Shown piece after piece: positions 52,751 through 64,000 of a stretch of 64,000 bases of DNA. The stretch covers positions 14,846,851 through 14,910,850 of the forward strand of contig MU056000.1 in the NCBI GenBank assembly GCA_013239625.1. The letters run 5' to 3'. The first letter of the stretch is position 1. Each line of letters opens with the position of its first letter. The DNA is from Lama guanicoe. Its lineage: Eukaryota. Position numbers and translations under genes: made by a program. The notes beneath the pieces are model-generated. The model was not told the DNA's origin, made no database searches, and worked only from the letters and a program-made list of their open reading frames with translations.

Positions 52751-54818
52751 TAAGAGGCAATTCAATGTAATAATATCTTCATTAATGGAAGCAAAAACAA
52801 TTGGAAGATAAAACACTGCACTACAATGCCTAGAGATTTCTTTTTTCCAATTGGAGAGTGTACTTCTTAACCACAAGTCTTTCCTGTTTCTTGGTTTTCT
52901 AAAAAAAAAATATATATATGTATTTATAATTTATTGAACATTGAAGATAATTCACAGCTGGAACCTTTGCTTTACTTATTTGTTATTTACTTACTTACTT
53001 ACTTGCTTTCAGGCTTACTATTACTTAGTCTATGGCTAGCACCAAATCACAAGAATCTTACATTAACTTGTCTTGATATCCAGTGTTCCAATGTTTCTTT
53101 CATGCCTCAGCCAGAGAAATCTGTGTTGCTCTCTTGGAAATCTTTCTAACCAAGGTATCTAACCAGAAAGGTTTCAAGCTCTTCCTTCGCTTCTTCCTTT
53201 CTGATTCAAGTTCTCATCCTTGGTTTCCCTTATTGTTAAGACCAGTTTGCTGCTAATATCTGCATAAAGACTTTCTATGTAGAAAAAAATCTCCTTAGAA
53301 AAAGTCAACATCATCATATATTCTCTCCTTTGTTATACTGTCAGTCTCTTGTCACCGTAACATAGTATCTTATTATTAAAATTATCTGTATCACTTAGCT
53401 GAGTGTTACATATATAATAGGTAATAAATATAAATATGAAATTTTACTAAGCTATTGAAGCAATTCTTATTGGAGTATGAATCAAGAATGCTTCTATGGA
53501 GAGAGAAGCAAGATGGCAGAGTAGAAGGACACTTGTAGCTCACCCTCTCCCACAAATACACCAAAACTCACATCTACAGAGCTACTCAGCCAACCAGAGC
53601 ACCTGCCGAACTCCGACAGAACATCGCCCTCTTCGAAAGACAAAGACGCCAAAAATCTGGTAGGAAAAAAGAAAGAAGAAAAAGCAAAACAGTGTGGGGA
53701 CTGATCCTGTGGGGAAGGGAGCGGCAAAGGAGGACTGGCGCTCGTTTGCTGGGTCTCCCCTCTCCAATGGAGAGGCCAGCGGGATGGAGAGGGAGCCTCC
53801 GAGGCTCAGATCTGCCCCAAGCACCCCTTGACCGACAGAACTGAGTTAAACAGGCACGAAGGGTCCTCGTGACACCCAGCCCAATCCGGCTGCTGAGGCC
53901 AGGACAGGCCGCCCAAGCCAGGCAGAGGATGGGGGCGGCTGCACTGAGGCGGCCCTGGGGGTTGCAGGGGGCTGTGCACCGTGGCTGGGAGGGGATACGG
54001 AACAGAACAACCTCGGTCCCCCATAAATTGTGAAAAAAGCAAAGTAACATGGCTGGTGTGCCTTGGGGGGAGGGGCGTCATAGCCTTTGTCTCCTCAGAC
54101 CTGCGCCACCATTACTGGTGCTTCTCGAGAGACGAGAGGCAGGGCTCAGCCACAGCCGCCATATTCTCCTGTGCGCAGCGCCCGGGTGGGGGTGGGGCCA
54201 AGACCTGAATCCACACGGGGGGCTGTGTAACCTACTAGGCAGGACTGAGACTTGTTTACAGCTGGAGGCAGCTAGGATCTTTCTGCCCTGGCACCTCAGA
54301 GAACTCGCCCCGCCAAGACAAACATGGAGCTACACTTTGGCACGGAGCAGGGCTGTTCTGCGGTCTTCCCCGAGCCTGCCTTTGGAACACTGACCCGAGG
54401 CGGAGCAAGCAGCTGCACAGAGCAGTGGAGCAATGGCGCTGGGAAAGGGTGGACGGCAACTCCCCTTCCTGGCAGGAATGCAGCACCTGACCACAGTGCT
54501 GGGAGGGGGCACGATCTGCCCACCTGCCTCCCCCCCAGCGCAGCATCTGACTGCGTCATTGGGAGGGGGAGTGACCCACCCGCCCACCGGGAAAGAGCTC
54601 AGCACCTGACCCAGTCTTGGGAAGGGGCGTGATGTGCCAGCTGACAGCCACTGAGAGTAGCACAGATGAGGTTGCCAACAGAGGGCCTCTGGAAACAGCA
54701 AGCTGAGTTTGGGAAACAGGGCAGAGACACAAAGACCTCTCAATAAAATCATTAAGAGCACAGCATCTCCAAGAGAACTAGATAACTCATATCCCTTAAG
54801 CCACAGTGCCAGAGAGGT

Positions 54819-55641
54819 ATGAGCAATATGAAGAAGCAGAGGAACCACTCCCAATTAAAAGATCAAGAGAAATCCCCTGAAAGCACAATCAAGGAAATAG
54901 ACATTGATGGCCTACTAGATCAAGATTTCAAAAAAGGAGTGATCAAGTACTGAAGGAACTAAAAGAAATAGTGTTTAGAGATATAAAATATGTCAAAAAT
55001 GAAATAGAAGCTATAAAGAAGAACCAAGTAGAATTAGTAAACTCATTTGCTGAGATGAGAGCTGACCTGAAGGCTGTACAAAGCAGGCTAGATAATGCAG
55101 AGGAACGAATAAGTGAACTAGAAGACAGGACAACAGAAAGCACCCAATCAGAACAGCTTAGAGAGAAACATAAAAAACAATGAAAACAATATAAGGGACC
55201 TATGGGATAATATAAAGCATGCCAATCTACGCATAATAGGGGTTCCAGAAGGGGAAGAAAGAACAAAGGGGATTGAAAAGATATTTGAAGAAATAATGAT
55301 TGAAAACTGCCCAAACCTAAAGGAATCAGATATCCAAGTACAGGAGGCTCAGAGAGTCCCAAATAGGAAGAACGCAAACAGACTCACACCAAGACATATT
55401 GTAATCAAGATGACCAGAGTCAAGGATAAAGAAATGATAATAAAGGCAGCAAGAGAAAAACAAAGAGTGAGTTACAAGGGAACCCCCATAAGGCTCTCAG
55501 CTGATTTCTCTACACAAACACTACAGGCCAGAAGGGAGTGGCAAGATATATTCAAAGTCCTGAATGAAAAAAAGATGCAGCCTAGGATACTCTGTCCAGC
55601 AAGGCTATCCTTTAGAATAGAAGGAGAGATAAAGAACTTCA
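54819..55641 (+). pseudogene. L1 ORF1p with two frameshifts, running into the gap
   Basis: MSNMKKQRNHSQLKDQEKSPE..., SRLDNAEERISELED, NIRDLWDNIKHANLRIIGVPEGEE and YKGTPIRLSADFSTQTLQARREWQDIFKVL. Frame changes near 54947 and 55175. Confidence 0.93.
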
Positions 55642-55868
55642 NNNNNNNNNNNNNNNNNNNNNNNNNNNNNNNNNNNNNNNNNNNNNNNNNNNNNNNNNNN
55701 NNNNNNNNNNNNNNNNNNNNNNNNNNNNNNNNNNNNNNNNNNNNNNNNNNNNNNNNNNNNNNNNNNNNNNNNNNNNNNNNNNNNNNNNNNNNNNNNNNNN
55801 NNNNNNNNNNNNNNNNNNNNNNNNNNNNNNNNNNNNNNNNNNNNNNNNNNNNNNNNNNNNNNNNNNNN
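55642..55868. other. Assembly gap (227 N)
   Basis: Run of N inside the L1. Confidence 1.
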
Positions 55869-58800
55869 ACAGCCAAGACATGGAAGCAGCCTAAATGTCC
55901 ATCAACAGATGACTGGATAAAGAAGATGTAGTATATTTATACAATGGAATACTATTCGGCCATAAAAATGACAACATAATCATTTGCAGCAACATGGATG
56001 TTCCTGGAGAATGTCATTCTAAGTGAAGTAAGCCAGAAAGAGAAAGAAAAATACCATATGAGATTGCTCATATGAGGAATTTAAAACAAAACAAAAGAAA
56101 ACATAAATACAAAACAGAAACAGACTCATAGACATAGAATACAAACTTGTGGTTGCCAAGGGGGCGGGGGTGGGAAGGGACAGACTGGGATTTTACAATG
56201 CAGAATAGATAAACAAGATTATATTGTATAGCACAGGGAAATAAAAACAAGATCTTGTGGTAGCTCATAGCAAAAAAAAATATGACAATGAATATATATA
56301 TGTTCGTATATAACTGAAAAATTGTGCTCTGCACAAGAATTTGACACATTGTAAAATGACTATTACTCAATAAAAAAAATGTTAAAAAAAAGAATGCTTC
56401 TATGAATTGTATTCAAAGGTAATTTTCAAAATCCTAATTATATGATTCTAATAATATTCTAATAATATTCTTCTTATAATAATATTATTTGCTTTTTTAA
56501 TCATAAAAGAACATATAGTTATTCAAAATATCTTGATACCATGTTTTTCTACAGCTCAATGAATCATATCATTAACTCTTGTATATGTGCTTAGTTAATT
56601 ATCTGCACACACATTCACATACAGAAATTAAAGAAACTCACAGAATATTAGGCATAAGACAATTTTTTAAAGTTTAATTTCAGAATATACATTTGTTTTA
56701 TTTAAATTATGACTTACTTTTCTTGACTTAATTTCTTTGTGTGCTCATGACAAGACAATAGAGCTATCAATGCATGACTTTTTAGTGGTATTCGTATAAA
56801 AACACTAAGGAAAGTAATATAGACTTCTGGTTTGAAACAGTGCCAGGATCCACATTTTATCCAGAGGCAATGTAAATAAATTTAATTTCAACATAACAGA
56901 TTTTATGCAAATGGAGAAAAATGTTGAACTGAAAAAAACCCAAATCTGGGCACAATGAGATATCTTTACAAGTACCACTGGAAACTTAGAGGTAGGTAGA
57001 GAGGCAGGTAGAACATGAATATTAACTATATAATTGTTTATTAGAACCTTCCTAACTCTTTCCTGGTGGTACTTGAATGAGAGTATTGTTTTTATAAATA
57101 TTTAATGCCTTGTTGTGACTTTTAAGAGCCTCTACCAGGACTTGAAAGACAATATCTTTGTTCTTTTTATTGACGGTTCTAGTTAGAGGTGAAGACTTGC
57201 CTCCATGGCCGGTAGCTATGGCTGAACTTAATTTTACACACTACTTGCTCTTTGGAAGTAATATTGTTATTTTCAAGACTACAGTTCAGATAATTACTTT
57301 CCCACTGGTTCACTACTATTTTTCCATTTAGAGATAAATCCTTGAAAAGCCCCTAGACTTAGATGACAGCAAAGATGTCTTTGAGTCCTAATGCTTCAAG
57401 ATCCTAAAGAACCATCCAAGAATCATGGACAATACTTTAACTGATAATTATAATTTAAAGGATAATAGTAAATAATGGTGACAGTGAAGCACTCAGTCCT
57501 GGGAAACACCATGAGGCTGCATGGCAAGTTTGCTTAATATTCTGCAACTGCTGTTTTCAGACTAGGTTTATGAGACTCCCAGAGCTGCACTAAAGAGAAG
57601 CTAAGGGGAATACGAGTCTGCCTGGCTGCAGATACCAACCTTCAGTTCAACAGTAGAAGTGTTAGAACGGTGTGATTTTACAAGTTGGAAAACTTACAGC
57701 TAATTTTCTTTTATGATAAATTTGGATGAACTGAATTTAATTCTTTCTAGTGTTGTCCTCAATGTCTGGTTTGAAAACAAAATGAAACTTATTAACTGCT
57801 TGGCTTTAATGAAATTCTCTGAATCAGTCTGTCTCCACTATGATAGATAGTGAAAACTATGTCCCTTGTGTCATAAACAGATGTTTAGGCAGCAGAGAAA
57901 CTTGAAGACTAACATATCTCAACACTTTCCAATTTATGACAATGAGTAAAACTCCAAGCTATTTTAGTTTTGGCCATCTTCATTACAAATGAAATTCCGT
58001 ACTTTGTGGGTTTTTTTTTTCCATAAATTACATATTAGTATTAACTTTCTTATGTATATTTGATCTTGGAGCTTTTTACATGGAAACAATTTTTAAAGCT
58101 TACTATACTTCCCTTTTTGATAACCACTTTATCACACCTTGCCAGTGGGAACCATATATATTTAAAAGCTTCTAAAATACTATTTTGTATACAAAGTGTA
58201 AGAGATATCTTGGGTTTTCTGCATCCTGATTCATGAAAGCAGCACTCTCAAAGGAGGTTTAGATATAATTAATGGAAACTAGTGTTACTGATGAATATGG
58301 GGGTACCCGAATGCGTGTATTATCATTCCACAGTACAGGTACCAGGTAGGCTAGCCCAGTCTGTAGGACACTGAGTTATTTGCAGAGCCAAAAATACTGT
58401 ATTTTTAATGGAATGAGTACACTTCATAATTTTCTTTTAAATTTAATTATATAAAATGCTTTACTTTTATTTTAATGTAAATTGATACATGATTTTTCTG
58501 TAATATGTTTACTAAAACTTTCACATCCTCAGTCTCTTGTATTTGTTACTCTTCTTCTTCTAATCCTTATACAACTCACTGATTACAATTCTGTGGTCAT
58601 TTTATTGACCTTAAAGTTTTTCAATAAAATGCTTGCCTACTCTCTAATTATTATCTAAATCAATTTATCTTCATAATTATACATTTCTTATTTAAAATAA
58701 TGATATTAAGTAAAGATTTACATAACAGAAAATGATGTTAAAGTTAATATAGTTCTTATTCCTTCTGACAAATTGATTTTATCCATTCATTTCCCCTTTT

Positions 58801-59604
58801 AATGCAGCTTTTCTCATTTTTATGTCATTATAATGCAAGTAATTTGCATTAAATCTGCCTAGAAAATAATATATTTCATAACATAATTACTCAATTCAAA
58901 CAAGAAATCAGATACATAAGAAGAAATTAAATATTGCTCATGATTTGATTTTAAAAAATAATTGCAGAGACTGAATCTTTCCAGCTATCACTAATCAGGC
59001 TGTCTGGTTTTCGAAAGTCAAAAGGATGAAAATAATAGAAGTTAGCGAGTCACGCAACTCAGTAATGATAAGCACAAAGGTGAACTATAATTATAAAGAG
59101 ATAGGAAGGAATATCAAGTGGAATTTTAATGTTTTATTCTTTATAGTTAGATTTTAAAAAACACACACACACACACACACATTCATCCATAAGATTAGAG
59201 CACCTTTTAAGAAAAAGAATGTGATTTGATTTGATTTAATTTGATTAAAGGTTATCTCAGGAGTGTGAGGGGAAACTAAACTATAGGTGTAAAGTAACTA
59301 AAACATGTTTAAAGATAGCCAAGATAAACAATGGAATCAGTCTAAGCATGAAAACAAAGAAAGGCTACTTTTCTGGTAAATATATGAGTGCAACTTCTGG
59401 GCAAATCTGTTTTTCTTTTTTAGTAACTTTGTAGATCAATACATCAAGGAACACTCACTATCTTTAAATGAGCTGACCATGCTAAATTTGTAAGTATACT
59501 TCATTAAAAAATGTTTATTTGAAGAAACACAAGGCTAACAACCCAGAATGTAGAATACTCCTATAACGCTGTCTAGAAGAGATGGACTTCCAGAGAGAGG
59601 CAAG

Positions 59605-59880
59605 GCGCTGCCTGTTTGAGTGTGGTCTACAGACCAGTGCTGGTCAAGAACTGTCACTGCTCGGACTAGATAGCATGAGATAAAGAGTGAGCATTTCCAT
59701 ATGTTAGTATCTAATTGAGAGAGTACTTTTCTGATGACCCTAAAAATAAAAATCCATGCTTGTATTTAATATTTTAAAATTTCATTTCTCCAGTACTTCA
59801 CTTTAATTTGTATTATATGAAAGTATTAAGTACATAAAAGTATGTAAGTACTGAGTTAAGAAAAATCAGGCGTGATATAC
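59605..59880. mobile_element. hAT-Charlie (Charlie4-like) non-autonomous fragment
   Basis: AGTGTGGTCTACAGACCAGTGCTGGTCAAGAACTGT followed by the typical AT-rich body. Confidence 0.6.
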
Positions 59881-59887
59881 TCTAGAT

Positions 59888-59990
59888 CAGTGGCCCTCAA
59901 ATTACAGCCTGCTGGCTGACTTTGGCGTGCCTATGGACTATGTTCTAGAGTTTTATTGGAACACAGCCAAAATCATTTGTGTATGTATGC
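59888..59990. mobile_element. MER58-like hAT fragment
   Basis: AGTTTTATTGGAACACAGCCAAAATCATTTGT. Confidence 0.65.
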
Positions 59991-61369
59991 ATAATGTCAG
60001 TAATAGTAAACCTCTATGAGAGAAAATATTTTTCCTGTATTTAAATATATTAATCCATTTCAAAGCATTATGGTTAACTAGAAATTAATATATATTATTC
60101 TTTTATGATACGGTGAAAATATGTTAAATATATAACAGACTACTACCACAGTAAACCAGTTTATCAATTTAAGATGTTGGATTGATTAGATTCTTAGACA
60201 TTTGAAGAGAGTTTGGGGGCAGGATTGATATGATTTTATATACTAATATTATTATACTTGAAAGGCTACATTATTATAACTCCTCTCAAAATACATTAAC
60301 CTTTTAAAAACAGAATTTAATCATGATAAATTCATAAACTGTTTATATTTTTAATTGACAGCTCCAATACATAGCATTGGTACCACATATGTAATAGATA
60401 CTCAAAGAGTTGTTAAATAAACAAATGATAAGGAAGTCTATGAAATGAAATGGAACACAGATACGTTAACTTTCCTGAAAGAGGTAGAATTTAGCAATAG
60501 ATTGATAAAAGTCATCTTAAAATTCTTAACTTTATTGCCAATTACAGTATAAAGTTTCTTAATAAAATAGATACCATAGATAAATATAAAGTTTTAAAGC
60601 ATTTTTTTCCTTACTTGGCATCATTGGACCTTTAGAGAGTTTCTGTGATTTATATCAGGTGATTCTGGATTTCAATTTAATGTTTAGGTGTTTCTCATAA
60701 TTAACATTGAATCAAAAGTAGTTGTCTCATGAGTTTTAAAAAATGGCCTTATAAGAAGTCCTAGAGTTCTCTAGTTAGTATATCTGTAGTATATTTTTGT
60801 CTGTTTCTTTTTGTTTCCTCTCTTTTCTTTACCTGAACCAGAGATTAACTTACATTTGATAAACTTGTGCTTTTCTATTCTTGAAACCAGTGCCAAATTC
60901 ATAGATGAGACTTCTTCAACAATAAGTAGGCAAAGGCTTCAGTTTCTGCTGAGCTTGTCTAATACTCAGAGCAACCCATTTCAGTTATAGCTTTTTCTAG
61001 AATTAGGAACTTTGTAAAGCTGAATAGAAATATAATCCAAATAACTAACATACTGCTTAGTTATTATAGAATGGAAAATGGAGATATAAAACTGAGTGAA
61101 AATGTAAAACACATTATTTCTCAGCTTGAGAATGTTTCGTTGCATGACCTAAATGATTACTGTTTATATTTATACACTGCGTTGTCTAATTTTTTTTAAA
61201 GATACACCTTTTCCTGATCCTCAGTTGCTAGTTATGTGAGATATTGGCAGCATGAATAGACATAAAATTCAAATATAGTTTTCATAAGTGTTCTAAAAAC
61301 CAATATCATGTAGAGAAAGGAAACCTACTTGTAATCAAGAAAGAAAATTAGCATTTCACTGATTCAATG

Positions 61370-61814
61370 ACAATAATATGTGTATCAACTCCCTAAATGA
61401 TAAGCATTTGCTCTTAGGATATTTGGATTCATTGGAGGGCATGTAGGTGATTCACATGATCTTGAACCCCTCGCTGACACGTTTGGGGGCTGGCTGGTTC
61501 TCAGCCAGTGTAGGATAGTCTTGACAGCAGAGGTTTAGGAGGATCAGATCTGCAAGCACCTCCTCCTCCAGCAGGCTAGCACACACAAGTTCTAACGGGA
61601 ATGCAAAGAACTACTAGAACACGTGAAAACACACAGGTCCTCTGGAGGACTAGGCATGGAACTGATACCATATAACTTCCACTGTCTTCTGTTTGCCAAA
61701 GCAGTGCACATAAACAAGTGCAGAATCAGAATGTAAGGACACTTCAAGGTTACATGGCAAAGGTCATGAATACAGAGAAGCAGAAATTTGGGGCCAATAA
61801 TATAATCTATTACA
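61370..61814 (-). mobile_element. MLT1H-like LTR
   Basis: CTCCAGCAGGCTAGC, GTTACATGGCAAAGGTCATGAATACAG, and the end TGGGGCCAATAATATAATCTATTACA. Confidence 0.8.
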
Positions 61815-61869
61815 GCAGTAAGTTATCGACTACTTTTGAAAGAAGCAGATGTATGATGCAGGATGAAAA

Positions 61870-62910
61870 CAGTATCAAATTTAAAAATACTATTAAGATA
61901 CAAATAAATACTGAAACAACTAACATTTTAATCACTGCTATTTGGGAAGGTAAACGATACTCCCTTAGAATGAGTAATGCTGCAACATATTTCCTAATGT
62001 ATATGATATTAACATTTTAATTATATAGCTATTATAATACACCTATATTGATTAATTAAGTAGACATTTGAAAATATGGCAAAAGTTCACTGAATTCCAG
62101 GAACACACCTCCGCTAAGTTTACTATGCTAACTTGTACTTATTTTTAGTAAAATAAGACAGTAAAATAGGACTTGGATCAAATATCCAGTGAATGTGACT
62201 TTTCCTTCTTCCATTTTGGTCTGTATGTTTGCTGACAACAAATATTTTTCTCCAAATTTTCCGCTTAGTCTGTAGTCTATCAAAATTAATGTCATAGAAG
62301 TTCTCTAAAACATTTTTTTTTGAATTTCTCAATGATTGCAACCATGTACAAATCTGCTTTTTTGTGTGTGAGAGCAATTTAGCAATTTGGGGTAAAGAAT
62401 TGCCACTGCCAAGGAAAGGGAGGACTTCTGTGAGATCCTTCATATTTTCCAATAGAGCTTTGATGTGACTTACACAAAATCTGTGACATGCAGCTCAAGC
62501 AGTGTTCAGAGGAAAAAGAATAGCTATAAATGCCTACAGGAAATAGAAAATTTCTGGGAGATTCTTTTCCAGTTTGGCTAGCCAGATCTGTGTTTTAGTG
62601 AAATATTCCAAATTATTTAGTGGGACAACAGAGAGACTATCTTTATTCTCAATCTCAGTACTCTTTGCTACAGGAAAAAACTTTGATGTAGAACTTTCCA
62701 GTCTCTGATTCTGTCTTGAGAATGTCTGGAATAAAGGCTTCATTGATATACATCATTTTTTTTTTAATTTTGACTTTAACAGTCACCTCCTCTTTATCAA
62801 AAAAACTCTTGTAATTTTCAATGTAATTCTCCTTTTTGATGAAGTTTAGAACCTACTGATTTCTACCATCAGTATAATTTCTGAAATCACTAGTGCCTTA
62901 GAATCCATTT
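61870..62910 (-). pseudogene. Highly decayed hAT (Charlie/Buster-like) transposase
   Basis: Ordered motifs across frames: YTDG, CI(I)NEA (CIIHQEAL), EYFTKT.IWLAK (YxTEVRWLSR), WIFDP (WIRNP), and REY..PSQIAV..ML..FSIYL (dimerisation domain EYPxLxxxA...FSTTYLCE). Confidence 0.65.
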
Positions 62911-62944
62911 TTCCATATTTTTTGTTTTGTTTGTTTGTTTTTTT

Positions 62945-63345
62945 AACATCTTTCTTGTGGTATGGTTCCTGTACAGTAAACTACACATATTTCAGATGTA
63001 CAATTTGATGAATTTTGATAGGTGTATAGACCAGAGAAACCACTACCACAATCAAGATAGTTAATAGTTTCATCACATGCACCCCAGTGTTCATGGAAGC
63101 ACTGTTTACAATAGCCAAGACATGAAACAACACAAATGTCCATCAGCAGATGACTAGATAAAGAAGATGTGGTAAATACATGTAATGGAATACTACTCAG
63201 CCATAAAAAATAAAATACTGTCATCTTCAGCAACATGATTGTACCTGGAGATCGTCATTCTAAGTGAAGTAAGCCAGAAAGAGAAAGAAAAATGCCTATC
63301 GCTTATATGTGAAACCTAAACAAAAGGACACAGATTAACTTATCT
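62945..63345. mobile_element. Two abutting L1 fragments: an old minus-strand 3' end (~62945-63076) and a younger plus-strand ORF2 end/3' UTR (~63077-63345)
   Basis: TGTACAATTTGATGAATTTTG...ACCACAATCAAGATAG, then TGTTTACAATAGCCAAGACATGAAAC...CTAAGTGAAGTAAGCCAGAAAGAGAAAG. Confidence 0.8.
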
Positions 63346-63779
63346 GTATTTTTATACTGACATTTACCTTCTTTTCATTTTTGTGGGTGACAAGTAGTTA
63401 ACATGCCTCTTCTGAGCTTCCTCCAAAGGCTGTTAACAAAATATTCGAAGTTCATTTGTCAATTATCACTAAAAGGATAGTTAACAGATCCTGCTTCACA
63501 AGTCCATTCTTCTGTCAAATCCATTCATTCTCCATACTTTCAAGATTATCTACTTCTTTCATTCCCTTTGCCTTACTCTGAGGGCCATGGCCTCGTCCTC
63601 AATTTCTTCAGGGACCCTGAGGCCTTACCACAGCGTTCAACTTACACAACCTCCCATGGCCACTTCATCGTAGCCCTTCCACAAGAACACTGTTCCCCAA
63701 CTCCTTTTTTTTTTTTTTAGAAAATTTAATATTTGTACACACATAGAAATTTTTGACAAGTTCTTTGTATTTAGTAACA

Positions 63780-64000
63780 CATTTATTATCTTTATTGTTC
63801 TTTATATATATTTTGTTTGTTTCAAACTGTACAACTATCCTTTAGCATTTCTTAGTACAATTTTGTGAGAGAAATTCTTTAAGCTTTGTTTTCTGTCATT
63901 TTACCTCTAGTTTTGAAATATTTTTTCATGTATTTCACAGAAAATAGACTTTTAGACTTTATTTTTAGCTCTTTAAAGATTTAATTTCATTGTCTTTTGA
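63780..64000 (-). mobile_element. Old L1 ORF1 3' end remnant
   Basis: TTTAGCATTTCTT...AATTCTTTAAGCTTTGTTTT...CTTTAAAGATTTAATTTCATTGTCTTTTG. Confidence 0.6.

Larger units (their letters stand above)
53499..56389 (+). mobile_element. Young L1 with both ends intact (CpG-rich 5' UTR, ORF1, assembly gap, ORF2 C-terminus, 3' UTR, A-tail)
   Basis: Exact 15-bp TSD AAGAATGCTTCTATG (53484-53498 / 56390-56404); YY1 site CAAGATGGC at 53509-53517; AATAAA and A-tail at the 3' end. Confidence 0.95.

Noticed and set aside
53494..54854. Many 75-174 aa ORFs on both strands in the L1 5' UTR (ORF0-like candidates)
   Set aside because: Expected in GC-rich UTR sequence; the longest starts at TTG, and nothing supports translation.
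55296..55931. 211-aa ORF1-ORF2 fusion ORF
   Set aside because: An artefact of translating through the N gap.
1..64000. CRISPR arrays, rRNA, operons or other prokaryotic systems
   Set aside because: The sequence is mammalian repeat-rich DNA; I saw no repeat-spacer arrays or gene-dense segments.

Overview
AT-rich mammalian genomic DNA, most likely camelid, judged from a tRNA-derived SINE of the camelid Vic-1 type at 15.4 kb and cetartiodactyl-type L1/LTR families. I see no intact protein-coding gene; the ORF-track hits are chance ORFs or decayed TE genes. The window is mostly interspersed repeats: MaLR/MLT1, ERV1 and ERVL remnants, L1, L2, MIR, hAT and Tigger fossils. Main structures: (1) a CpG-island promoter at ~3.3-4.6 kb (YY1, ETS, ETS-CRE, GC boxes) with a probable leftward first exon, fused on its right to an ERV1 leader (PBS-like site, splice donor, degenerate gag); (2) candidate + strand non-coding exons downstream and a strong minus-strand bias of LTR elements, together suggesting an ERV-assisted spliced lncRNA; (3) a MER41-like provirus at 14.3-20.0 kb with a tRNA-Ser PBS, an RNase H remnant and four nested insertions; (4) several repeat-free, motif-dense putative enhancers; (5) a young L1 with 15-bp TSDs that may be ORF1-only, its middle hidden by an assembly gap; (6) a hAT transposase fossil. 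All family names were recognised by eye, and boundaries of old repeats are approximate.
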